Assembly: GCA_002269645.1 (NCBI GenBank)
Contig: NIVC01000092.1
Location: forward strand, 124,001-188,000
DNA from: Macrostomum lignano
Taxonomy: Eukaryota
Direction of reading: 5' to 3'
DNA: 64,000 nt
The notes under the pieces are model-generated. The model was not told the origin of the DNA. It worked only from the letters and a program-made list of their open reading frames with translations, and ran no database searches. Below are positions 49,700-61,567 of this stretch, in pieces. Made by a program: the position numbers and the translations under genes. Numbering within the stretch: position 1 is the first letter of the stretch; the number at the start of each line of letters is the position of its first letter.

Positions 49700-50929
49700 A
49701 ATCCGGGAATCAGACTCAGGGAATTAGAGACTCATGGAATCAAAGTCGGGGAAACAGAGAGTCAGGGAAACGAGAGTCAACTGGGAAATCGGAGAGTCAG
49801 GTAATGGGAGAGTCAGCTGGGGAATCGGAGAGTCAGCTAGAGAATCGGAGAGTCAGGTAATGGGAGAGTCAGTTGGGGAATCGGAGAGTCAGCTGGGGAA
49901 TCGGGGAGTCAGGGAATGAGAGAGTCAGCTCGGGAATGGGAGAGTCAGCTGGGGAATCGGAGAGTCAGCTGGGGAATCGAAGAGTAAGGGAATCGGAGAG
50001 TCAGGGAATCGGAGAGTCAGGGAATCAGAGAGTCAGGGAATCAGAGAGTCAGGGAATCGGAGAGTCAGGGAATCGGAGAGTCAGGGAATCGGAGAGTCAG
50101 GGAATCGGAGAGTCAGGGAATCGGAGAGTCAGGGAATTGGAGTCAGGGAATCGAAGAGTCAGGGAATCGGAGAGTCAGGGAATCGGAGAGTCAGGGAATC
50201 GGAGAGTCAGCTGGGGAATCGGACAGTCAGGGAATCGGAGAGTCAGGGAATCGGAGAGTCAGCTGGGGAATCGGACAGTCAGGGAATCGGAGAGTCAGGG
50301 AATCGGAGAGTCAGGGAATCGGAGAGTCTGGGAATCGGAGAGTCAGGGAATCGGAGAGTCAGGGAATCGGAGAGTCAGGGAATTGGAGTCAGGGAATCGA
50401 AGAGTCAGGGAATCGGAGAGTCAGGGAATCGGAGAGTCAGGGAATCGGTGAGTCAGGGAATTGGAGTCAGGGAATCGAAGAGTCAGGGAATCGGAGAGTC
50501 AGGGAATCGGAGAGTCAGGGAATCGGAGAGTCAGCTGGGGAATCGGGGAGTCAGGGAATGAGAGAGTCAGCTCGGGAATGGGAGAGTCAGCTGGGGAATC
50601 GGAGAGTCAGCTGGGGAATCGGAGAGTCAGGGAATTGGAGTCAGGGAATCGAAGAGTCAGGGAATCGGAGAGTCAGGGAATCGGAGAGTCAGGGAATCGG
50701 AGAGTCAGGGAATCGGAGAGTCAGGGAATCGGAGAGTCAGGGAATTGGAGTCAGGGAATCGGAGAGTCAGGGAATCGGAGAGTCAGGGAATCGGAGAGTC
50801 AGCTGGGGAATCGGACAGTCAGGGAATCGGAGAGTCAGGGAATCGGAGAGTCAGCTGGGGAATCGGACAGTCAGGGAATCGGAGAGTCAGGGAATCGGAG
50901 AGTCAGGGAATCGGAGAGTCAGGGAACCG
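49700..50929. repeat. Minisatellite of the same family (mainly 16-bp GAGAGTCAGGGAATCG)
   Basis: Tandem copies in the same orientation as 46588-47690. Confidence 0.95.
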
Positions 50930-52007
50930 GTGAATATAGAATCTTAATGAATATAAGGGTTTTATAACCTTCTTCCTTTGTTGCCCCCTCCCCCCCCCCC
51001 CCCCAACGAAAGGCAGGCTGTGATTGCCAGCATAATTGTACAAGAGATAATTATCTCTTCAACAAAAGGCCATACAACTTTCGAACTTACGAAGCCCAGG
51101 TGCCCAAAAGCGAGCAAGCGATGGAATCGCATATATATATTTAATTTGCGTTTAAGACGGCACTTGATTTTGGTATTTCAAAGCCCAACAACCAAGGTGT
51201 AGAAAAGGAAACAATTTAATTGTAATATACAGTAAATTAATTAAACAAGTTAACTAAAAGAGAGCAATGTATTAATAGTTAAACTAAACGTCAGAGGTCA
51301 ACGCGTATTAAATCAGCACATACTACTGTAAGTAAAAGTGTTGTAACAAAAGTTTAGGAAAAATTCGTACAAGAAGTTGCAATTCAATTAAAATTGTTGA
51401 AATCTTTAAAATTACTGGTGACGGCAATAAAGCAGGGGGGAGTTCATTATTTATAAAAACAGCTACTTTATTCCTATTGAGTAATCTTGTAACATTATTT
51501 AATAATTAATTAGGTTTGGGATAGTATAGCATCAGTAAGGCGTAAGCTAATTAATAAATAAATAGCATAGTAACGGTAGGAATATAAATAGTAAAACAAA
51601 TACATTCATTTGCACGAAAAAATTGATGACCAACCAGCGAGTGAACTACGGATGAAAAAACTGTGCTTTGCCTTTAGTGTTGATACAATCAGGATTTGTT
51701 GGAGATTAGTAGGTCAGGGACTCACTCACTGACTGAGTGTCAATCACATACATGGATTAGAAAAAGTATATCATCTCATCGGTAGCAATTCTGATTGAGT
51801 CTATCAGTCTAGCAGCAATAAATGACGGCTGAATTTAAAGTACTTCAGTTGCAATACTATTCGAATAGATCGAAATTTTTGTTAGATAAGAAAGAGTGAC
51901 CGATGCCTATGATGCCATTTAACCCCAGTTTACCCCTTATCAGGATTATTTACGTTATATTCACGGTATATCATGAGAGTTAATGCTGTGCTCTGAGGTC
52001 TGATCAT

Positions 52008-52364
52008 TCACTCCTTGCCGAGCGCCTTCTTCTCCTCGGCGATGGCCTCGGCGTCCGGCAGGCTGTTGCGCACGAGCGGGTCGACATGCTTCAGCGAGTG
52101 CTGGCCCTCGATCTCGGCTCGAAGCTGCATCTCCTGCCTCTCCTGGGCGATGTCGTCTGGGGATGGCAGTTGTACTTTCTCTTCGACCTTGACGTGATGT
52201 AGCTGGTGGTCCTGTTCGATTTCCTGGCGCAGCTGGACCTCTTTGCGTTCGCTTTCAACCTGCTCCTTGTCTGGCAGGTGGGTCTTCTCAGTTACCTCAA
52301 CATGGTGCATCTGGTCCTTGTTGAACTTGTTGATGTCGGTCAGGACTGCATTCGGGTCGGCCAT
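52008..52364 (-). CDS. Multi-repeat beta-thymosin (three WH2/thymosin repeats; ciboulot/tetrathymosin-like), 118 aa
   Basis: INKFNKDQMHHVEVTEKTHLP, LHHVKVEEKVQLPS and LKHVDPLVRNSLPDAEAIAEEK repeats; ATG in AAAATGG context. Confidence 0.88.
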   Translation of the reverse strand: MADPNAVLTDINKFNKDQMHHVEVTEKTHLPDKEQVESERKEVQLRQEIEQDHQLHHVKVEEKVQLPSPDDIAQERQEMQLRAEIEGQHSLKHVDPLVRNSLPDAEAIAEEKKALGKE

Positions 52365-54229
52365 TTTGATAGGCTTTAATCCGTCTGTGTGATGTGCTAA
52401 AGCGCTATGCGGAAGGGCTGTTGTAAAATAAAGGGCTTGATGCTTTCTTGTACCGGAATGGAGCACACGATTATATGGTGGAAGTTAAGAAGTATAGGAA
52501 GGACAGAGGGTTAGAAAATCTATCGAGGACCACAGGCACCGTACAGTCTTGAATGTACATACGCAGCTCTTCCTCGGGGTGAGTGGAGAGAAGAATGAGT
52601 GAGTCTCCGCGGGGCGGACACAATGTACACTTATGTACATTCGTGACCGGGGGTTGAACTGCCGCGGACGAAAAGAACGGGGTGACTCGCTTTGCTGATT
52701 AGTTTTTGAAACCCGGCACTCGCCCGCCCGCTAGCGGGCTTGAGGAGAGGAGGAGATTTCTTCCTGGGGTGCTGGTGCTTCTTGCTGGCTGGGTCGATAA
52801 TTCCTTAAACAGGGCCAGCATTTATTAGTAAGCCAGCCTTGCTGTATAGATAGTGTGTGCTAAAATGTATACCACAGTTGTATACCACAATCACAAGACT
52901 TGTTTATTTCCGCAGTTAATAACTTATTTATAGTGCGCACAAGGCAGATAGATATACCATCGTATGAATAAATAGCCCGCTTGGTTGGTATTCGCGAATA
53001 TATTACATGTAAAAGACGCGCGCAGTTGTTTTAATTTAAATGCACTAGCATTTTCAATTAAAAGGTTGCAAAGGTCTCTCTGATAAATAAAAAGAAAAGG
53101 TTTTATACTATAACATTGGTAATGCCGATTGCCGACTTATCAGATAGAGGAAGCGCTCGTGTTTTTAGCTCAAAAAGACACGATTATGAGTGAAACCGCG
53201 TGCCAAGCATAGCCATAGGCATAACTGCGCTATTGGTGATAAATAGCTAACTTCAATAAAATCCATTTGTTGTGTTGCTGCTCTTAAATCCAACACTTCA
53301 AGTGATATAATATTTTTATTCTATTCTATTTGGTCGTTGTTCGTAAAGCATGCCTTGCTTCGCTCTCTGTGTGATAAAATACTAAAATAGGACAAATAGG
53401 ATTCCTTATCTTTGCTGACTTACACTGCGCTAGTATCTTTGCTGACAGGAAACCGGAGTCAAGCACAAAATGTAAGACGAGTCAGCTTACCATGCATTTC
53501 TCGCTCTGACGCTCTGACCTCCCTCTGCTAAGCTGAACTTAGTCACGTGACACGAAAAACAGTTAAAGATTACCGACTTAGAAAAAATCGAAGGATTAGT
53601 GATTTTGTGATGAGTCATTCACTTTCATCCACCCAGAACAGATCTTATAATGAGCTTGGTATATTTAGTGTAACATCAAATTTTTGTGCCTACTTACAAG
53701 CTGTCGTAAGTAGCGTAGAATGAATATTTCTGCTATTTAATGATCAATCGCCTGGCTGCCCCAGTTTAATAGAACATTTTTAGCTAACGGAATGATACGG
53801 GTTGATAAATAAACTGCTAGCCTAAGACATGAAGGGTTCTAGCCAATGATCACTGCACCTGTACACAGCTATGCCGCGGCGACCCTTATCAATCTAAAAG
53901 AAAGCGATTTATTAGCCTTAGTTGCACAGTGCCAACCATAATTACACGGGTTTATCTGCTTGTCCGAATCAGCTGTGCTGGCATTGGCAGGTAGGGCTGG
54001 CTGAAATTTTAAGGCCCACAGCAAAACTGCATTAGAGACAGAGCCAGTATAGTAGCTAAACAGGCTTTTAAATTTCTGGCGCAAATATATTTTTTTCTGA
54101 ACTTAAATCTATTTTATTCCACCGGATCATTGCTCGTCTTTCTATTTTCGACAAAATAGGGCTGACAAAATAACAAGAAGAGATTAGGCTTCAGAAACAA
54201 AGCGAACTAATTGGCTAATTAATAGCTTC

Positions 54230-54232
54230 ATG
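54230..54232 (+). CDS. BCAR1: Probable ATG-only first coding exon of the Cas-family gene
   Basis: ATG|GTAAGA is a strong phase-0 donor compatible with the SH3 exon. Confidence 0.45.
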
Positions 54233-54342
54233 GTAAGAGCTACTAATTATCTAATTTTTTATAATGCAACTGTTCTGTAGATTTCTTATTTAACATAGTG
54301 TATCCTGAGTATAAAAATATTCTGAGTTTAGATCTTATATAG

Positions 54343-54845
54343 TACTTCAGCTGTCCACCTCAGTCACCTCCGGATAACTTCAGCTGTCCACCTCAGTCAC
54401 CTCCAGATACTTCAGCTGTCCACCTCAGTCAGTTTCAGATACTTCAGCTGTCCACCTCAGTCAGTTTCAGATACTTCAGCTGTCCACCTCAGTCAGTTTC
54501 AGATACTTCAGCTGTCCACCTCAGTCAGTTTCAGATACTTCAGCTGTCCACCTCAGTCAGTTTCAGATACTTCGGCTGTCCACCTCCGTTACCTCCAGAT
54601 ACTTCAGCTGTCCACCTCAGTCAGTTTCAGATACTTCGGCTGTCCACCTCCGTTACCTCCAGATACTTCAGCTGTCCACCTCAGTCAGTTTCAGATACTT
54701 CGGCTGTCCACCTCCGTTACCTCCAGATACTTCAGCTGTCCACCTCAGTCAGTTTCAGATACTTCAGCTGTCCACCTCCGTTACCTCCAGATACTTCAGC
54801 TGTCCACCTCAGTCGCCTCCGGATCCTTCAGCTGTCCACCTCAGT
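54343..54845. repeat. 32-bp minisatellite (CTTCAGCTGTCCACCTCAGTCAGTTTCAGATA), partly alternating as a 64-bp dimer
   Basis: Tandem copies with two alternating variants near 54560-54790. Confidence 0.95.
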
Positions 54846-55394
54846 CTCCCCCATGTCCTTCATTTATATACATCAGTCTCCACCTCAGACTCTCATTGTT
54901 TTACAGGTAGTCCATCCCAGACCTCCTCACGTCCCTGGCTCTCTAGCTTCATCAACCAATTAATCTGGCACACAGCATCCTAAGCTTCCGCAGCAGGCCC
55001 GAGTGACTCATGCGGTTTTTTTTACAATCACGCCCCCCCCCAACAAGTAGAAACGATATTTTCGGTTGGGAATAAAGCTGCATATTGAAGAGGATTTATA
55101 TACATACATACGGACTAAATTCACCGAGGGAAACTGAAGAAAAGCTAGTCCAACCCAGATGCCCCGACTCCTATCAGTAAAAGTAGATGGTCAGCAGTTC
55201 ACTTATGAGTCACTCATGCTAGTAGTGTGCCCTTGCAGAATCTTATATTGCCAGTAAATGTATAAAGTGAAAGCAATATCGATAGCAACTGTTGTTGGCA
55301 ATTGCTGCTTAAGGCTTAAGGAGAAAAATTCCTAAAAGAAATTACTTGACAGCTATAGTACTATTATGCCATTTTTAAGCAGATGCTATCCGGA

Positions 55395-56080
55395 GAGAAA
55401 TGGAGAGGTATGATGGGTAGAATGAAGGGAAATGGGAAGAAATGAGGAGAAATAAGAAGAAACGGAGGAAATGGAGAGATACGGGTATTTGTAGGGAGAT
55501 ACGGGTATTTGTAGGGAGATATGGGTATTTGTAGGGAGATACGGGTATTTGTAGGGAGATACGGGTATTTGTAGGGAGATACGGGTATTTGTTGGGAGAT
55601 ACGGGTATTTGTAGGGAGATATGAGTATTTGTAGGGAGATACGGGTATTTGTTGGGAGATATGGGTATTTGTTGGGAGATACGGGTATTTGTAGGGAGAT
55701 ATGAGTATTTGTAGGGAGATACGGGTATTTGTTGGGAGATATGGGTATTTGTTGGGAGATATGGGTATTTGTTGGGAGATTGGTAGGGAGATACGCGTAT
55801 TTGTTGGGAGATACGGGTATTTGTTGGGAGATATGGGTATTTGTTGGGAGATACGGGGGAGAATAGGAAGAAATGGGGAGAAATGAGGATAGATGGGGAG
55901 AAATAGGGAAAAATGAGGAGAAATGCGGAGAAATTGGGAGAAAAGAGGATAAATGGGGAGAAATGGGTAAAAATGGCGGGAAATGGAGGAAATGAGGAGA
56001 ATTATTGAAGAAATAGGTGGAAATGGGAAGAAATATGAAGAAATAGGAGATGGGGAGCAATGATTGGAGAAATGGGGAGA
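55395..56080. repeat. 20-bp minisatellite (GGGAGATACGGGTATTTGTA, core 55478-55855) within purine-rich flanks
   Basis: Tandem copies visible. Confidence 0.9.
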
Positions 56081-56574
56081 GATCTGAAGACCGGAAAGAA
56101 GCATTCGATATTGAACAGTACATTGCATTTTAGAGTAGCTAAACTACTAGCTGTTATACCTCATAGCTCAGTGCTTGAGTTCAAATAATAATTCTCAGTT
56201 CATTCTGGGTGCCAATGCAGCTTGCAGAGTTAAAAATCAGGGCAATTCAAACCATATGTACTGCAAGGCACTCGCAGCTCGAACGCAATTGGCCTAGGAA
56301 GAAGGAAGGAAAAAATGCAGCAGTTTTTAAGACTTTCAGGCTTGCACACAGTAAGCCAGCTATATTAAAAAGGAAACTGATTTGCCGTTCTTGTAGGTGA
56401 AATAGGCTATTTCTGTTCGAATTCGCATTCATGAACTTGCTGCTCAGCTGCCTGTCTGGCGCGCCAGAGCCCAGAAATTTTAGCTGGAACCAACAATGTG
56501 TGAGCTCAATTAAATGCAAATAAATTTTGTCATTTGAATTTTCATTTCAATACTGAAATTTCAAACGTCCGCAG

Positions 56575-56763
56575 GCGCTGCTGGCCAAGGCTCTGTACGA
56601 CAATCAGTCCAGCTACGAGACCGAGCTGCACTTCCAGCGGGACGCCATCCTGACGGTGCTGGACCAGCGGCCACCGGGGCTGACTGGCTGGTGGCTCTGC
56701 GCCTACAGGGGCAGAACCGGGATCGCACCGGCCAACAGGTTGCAGCTGATTGGCGTGCTGGAG
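56575..56763 (+). CDS. BCAR1: p130Cas/BCAR1-family adaptor, SH3 exon
   Basis: ALLAKALYDNQSSYETELHFQRDAILTVLDQ..GWWLCAYRGRTGIAPANRL is a Cas-type SH3; acceptor ccgcag, donor GAG|GTGAGC. Confidence 0.88.
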
Positions 56764-56779
56764 GTGAGCCGGTTGGCTG

Positions 56780-57645
56780 TCGGAAGGGGGGTGTTTATGG
56801 GTGTCGGAAGGGGGGTGTTTATGGTTGTCGGAAGGATTGTTTATTGGTGTTGGAAGGGGATGTTTATGGGTGTCAGAAGAGGGGTGTTTATGGCTGTCGG
56901 AAGAGGGTGTTTATGGATGTCAGAAGAGGGGTGTTTATGGGTGTCAGAAGAGGGGTGTTTATGGGTGTCAGAAGAGGGGTGTTTATGGGTGTCAGAAGAG
57001 GGGTGTTTATGGGTGTCAGAAGAGGGGTGTTATGGGTGTCAGAAGAGGGGTGTTTATGGGTGTCAGAAGAGGGGTGTTTATGGGTGTCAGAAGAGGGGTG
57101 TTATGGGTGTCAGAAGAGGGGTGTTTATGGGTGTCAGAAGAGGGGTGTTATGGGTGTCAGAACAGGGGTGTTTATGGGTGTCAGAAGAGGGGTGTTATGG
57201 GTGTCAGAAGAGGGGTGTTTATGGATGTCAGAAGAGGGGTGTTTATGGATGTCAGAAGAGGGGTGTTTATTGGTGTTGGAAGGAGGTGTTTATGGGTGTC
57301 AGAAGAGGGGTGTTTATGGGTGTCAGAAGTAGGGTGTTTATGGATGTCAGAAGAGGGGTGTTTATGGATGTCGGAAGGGGTGTTTATGGGTGTCGGAAGG
57401 GGGTGTCTTTGGGTGTTGGAAGGGGGTGTTTATGGGTGTCAGAAGGGGGGGTGTTTATTAGTGTCAGAAGAGGGGTGTTTATGGGTGTCAGAAGGGGGTG
57501 TTTATGGGTGTCAGAAGAGGGGTGTTTATGGGTGTCAGAAGAGGGGTGTTTATGGGTGTCAGAAGGGGTGTTTATGGCTGTCGGAAGGGGTTGTTTATGG
57601 GTGTCAGAAGGGGGAGGTTCATGTTTGTCAGAAGGGGGAGATTCA
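56780..57645. repeat. 24-bp minisatellite (GGGTGTCAGAAGAGGGGTGTTTAT)
   Basis: Starts just after the SH3-exon donor. Confidence 0.95.
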
Positions 57646-58624
57646 TGGGATGTCAGAATGTCAGATGTCAGACAGTTGGGTTTTTGGGTGTTGTTTTGGA
57701 CGGGATAAAGGACAAGTTGTTAAATTTAATGATTTCATGGAGGTGTCTTACGGGTTGTTTGCCTACTTAGTAAATTTGTAAACCTTAAGCTCATTACAGG
57801 AGGTGCATTTGCATGTATATAATTAAACAGCCCGAGCTCCACGTACCTCTCTGCCCCAAACAGTGAACTGAAATGACCAATATGCATTTGCATTGCACAC
57901 ACACATTGCAGGCATAATCTACCCTGTGCAGTGATTCCGTTAATACTGCATATGCTGAAAAGGCAAACAAGATGAATGCATTGCTAATTGGCATATTTGG
58001 TGTACTCAAATCTGTTGGCACTATTAAGCAGGTACAGGGGGGGGGTCCGCAGCACAGAGAATGGAGGGTCCGGTGGGTTTCGAAAAAGCTGAGAAACCCC
58101 CCCCCCTAGCTACTCGACTCGAATAGGGGGAGAGAGAAGACTGTGAGCCTCAAGTGGAGCATGGTTTACCCTCTGCTTTTCTCTCTCTAGTGCGGGGGCA
58201 GTGTGGCAGGATTGTACACAACCGAGAGCTCATACTTGCTTGTATTAAATGCACCAATTCTCCTAATATAAGTAAGACAGGCTTATAGCTATATAGTGCC
58301 TTGCACGTGCATTCGAAGCTCGATATATACACTGATATTCAAAGTCAGTTTCAAGTCAAGCTTATATATATATATATTCGTTATCTAGCAGAGCTCTTTA
58401 GTAGGAACCCAGCAGTTGTTGTGTCTGGCCTAGCAACAGCAGCAGCAGCAGCAGCAGCAATGATTTGAAAAATTTTGTCCTCTTTTTTTGACGATTTGAA
58501 AATCGCCCGGCATGCCGTTCTGGCAGAAATTTTTCTGCTGCACTGGCGGCAAATCGGTGAGGAAAACTTCTATCGAAATTGCATATCTGTTTTCTAAAAT
58601 AATTCTTTTATTTACTAGCCCACA

Positions 58625-60087
58625 CAATTCCCCTAGTTCCTCTGTGTTGGGGTGACAGAATCCCCTAGTTCGTTTGTGTTGCGGATGACGGAATTTCCCT
58701 AGTTCTTCTGTGTTGGGGTGACGGAATTTCCCTAGTTCTTCTGTGTTGGGGTGAAGGAATTCCCCTAGTTCCTATGTGTTTGGGGTGACGGCATTCCCCT
58801 AGTTCCTCTGTGTTTGGGGTGACGGAATTCCCCTAGTTCCTCTGTGTTTGGGGTGACGGAATTCCCCTAGTTCCTCTGTGTTTGGGGTGACGGAATTCCC
58901 CTAGTTCCTCTGTGTTTGGGGTGACGGAATTCCCCTAGTTCCTCTGTGTTAAAGGTGACGGAATTCCCCTAGTTCCTGTTTTTGGGGTGAAGGAATTCCC
59001 TAGTTCCTCTGTGTTTGGGGTGAAGGAATTCCCCTAGCTCCTCTGTGTTTGGGGTGAAAAAATTCCCCTAGCTCCTCTGTGTTTGGGGTGACGGAATTCC
59101 CCTAGTTCGTCTGTGTTGAGGGTGTCAGAATTCCCCTAGTTCGTTTGTGTTGAGGGTGTCAGAATTCCCCTAGTTCGTTTGTGTTGAGGGTGTCAGAATT
59201 CCCCTCTTTCCTCTGTATTGGGGTGACGGAATTCCCCTAGTTCCTCTGTATTGGGGTGACGGAATTCCCCTAGTTCGTCTGTGTTGAGGGTGTCAGAATT
59301 CCCCTAGTTCGTTTGTGTTGAGGGTGTCAGAATTCCCCTAGTTCCTCTGAGTTGAGGGTGTCAGAATTCCCCTAGTTCGTTTGTGTTGCGGGTGACGGAA
59401 TTCCCCTAGTTCCTCTGTGTTGGGGTGACGGAATTCCCCTAGTTACTCTGTGTTTGGGGTGACGGAATTCCCCTAATTCCTCTGTGTTTGGGGTGAAGGA
59501 ATTCCCCTAGTTCCTCTGTGTTTGGGGTGAAGGAATTCCCCTAGTTCCTCTGTGTTTGGGGTGACGGAATTCCCCTAGTTCCTCTGTGTTGCGGGTGTCA
59601 GAATTACCCTAGTTCGTTTGTGTTGAGGGTGTCAGAATTCCCCTAGTTCGTTTGTGTTGAGGGTGTCAGAATTCCCCTAGTTCGTTTGTGTTGCGGATGT
59701 CAGAATTCCCCTAGTTCGTTTGTGTTGCGGATGTCAGAATTCCCCTAGTTCGTCTGTGTTGAGCGTGTCAGAATTCCCCTAGTTCGTCTGTGTTGAGCGT
59801 GTCAGAATTCCCCTAGTTCCTCTGAGTTGAAGGTGTCAGAATTCCCCTAATTCCTCTGAGTTGAGGGTGTCAGAATTCCCCTAGTTCGTCTGTGTTGAGC
59901 GTGTCAGAATTCCCATAGTTCCTCTGAGTTGAGGGTGTCAGAATTCCCCTAATTCCTCTGAGTTGAGGGTGTCAGAATTCCCCTAGTTCGTTTGTGTTGA
60001 AGGTGTCAGAATTCCCCTAGTTCGTTTGTGTTGAAGGTGTCAGAATTCCCCTAGTTCGTCTGTGTTGAGGGTGACGGAATTCCCCTG
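58625..60087. repeat. ~34-bp minisatellite (GAATTCCCCTAGTTCCTCTGTGTTTGGGGTGACG and variants)
   Basis: About 40 tandem copies in blocks of variants. Confidence 0.95.
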
Positions 60088-60527
60088 ATCGATCTGTGGG
60101 GATGCCGTACTCGTATTAACACGTCAAACTGTCACTAATCACAAAAACATACAGTAATATATTCCAAATTAGGCAATTGAATTTAAATACTTAAATCTGG
60201 CACTGCATTCATGATCAGTTTCAACATATACCAGCAGTATTACACAGGAACCCTGCGCCATTGCGTTGAAAAAGTAAATGCTATTTTATAATAACTTAGC
60301 AAGACTCTCTTCGCAGAGTGCATTGCACAAAAACACAATTCGCATCTTTTGGGGCAGGAAAAATATTAATTTTCACCGCCCGAGTCATCAAAGCGAGCTG
60401 TGGGCACAAAGTATGAGCACTGGGCTGGCTTGTGGGCGGTGGCGTTGCCAGGGTCTCATACCGCCCCTCATCATTTTTTTATGGTTGACTTGCGAACCAA
60501 ACGGCGGGACGTCAGAGACTGCGCAGC

Positions 60528-60531
<4 letters not shown>

Positions 60532-60617
<86 letters not shown>
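60532..60617. repeat. (GA)n microsatellite, ~43 units
   Basis: Pure dinucleotide run. Confidence 0.98.
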
Positions 60618-60622
<5 letters not shown>

Positions 60623-60724
60623 GAGAGGAAGAGGGACGATGAGACAGCAAACGGAGAAAGTAAGAGTGAATTGTGAACATAGAAAAGGGCGATTGAGACA
60701 GTATGAAGAAAAACATGAAAGACG

Positions 60725-61345
60725 TAGATGGAGAAGTAGGCTGAAAAGGAGAGGTAGACGGAGAAGTAGGAAGAAGAGGAGAGAGGAAGACGGAGAAGTA
60801 GGAAGAAGAGGAGAGAGGTAGACAGAGAAGTAGGGAGAAGAGGAGAGAAGGAGGCGGAGAAGTAGGAAGAAGAGGAGAGAGGTAGGCGGAGAAGTAGGAA
60901 GAAGAGGAGAGAGGTAGACAGAGAAGTAGGGAGAAGAGGAGAGAAGTAGGCGGAGAAGTAGGAAGAAGAGGAGGGAGGTAGACGGAGAAGTAGGAAGAAG
61001 AGGAGAGAGGTAGACAGAGAAGTAGGGAGAAGAGGAGAGAAGTAGGCGGAGAAGTAGGAGGAAGAGGAGAGAGGTAGGCGGAGAAGTAGGAAGAAGAGGA
61101 GAGAGGTAGACAGAGAAGTAGGGAGAAGAGGAGAGAAGTAGGCGGAGAAGTAGGAAGAAGAGGAGAGAGGTAGGCGGAGAAGTAGGAAGAAGAGGAGAGA
61201 GGTAGACAGAGAAGTAGGGAGAAGAGGAGAGAAGTAGGCGGAGAAGTAGGAAGAAGAGGAGGGAGGTAGACGGAGAAGTAGGAAGAAGAGGAGAGAGGTA
61301 GACAGAGAAGTAGGGAGAAGAGGAGAGAGTAGACGCTGAAGTAGG
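60725..61345. repeat. Purine-rich ~32-bp repeat with ~96-bp higher-order period
   Basis: The antisense translation repeats every 32 aa. Confidence 0.85.
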
Positions 61346-61567
61346 CAGTAGGGACGAGGGAGAGGTAGACAGGGTGGGAGGGAGACAAAGGATAGCGATC
61401 ACTGTCAAACCAGGTGTAATCTTCATTAAAAGAGATGAGAAATTTCAACCAGTCCACAGGGCCAACGCAGTGCCCACACTTGGTCGCTCAGACCTTACCG
61501 AAAAACTGGATAAAAGCAGCCAAAAGCCTGCGTCTCACTTGCCGATTCCTCTTCTCCGAACCTGCAG

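Noticed and set aside
46528-50967. RES/GIGES repeat ORFs
   Set aside because: Satellite translations in multiple frames.
49487-55212. AP-1 sites (TGAGTCA/TGACTCA) near thymosin and Cas
   Set aside because: About 10 in the whole window, close to chance for a 7-mer on both strands.
4545-60087. CRISPR-like appearance of the 23-34-bp arrays
   Set aside because: Monomers are head-to-tail with no unique spacers, there are no cas genes, and the context is eukaryotic.
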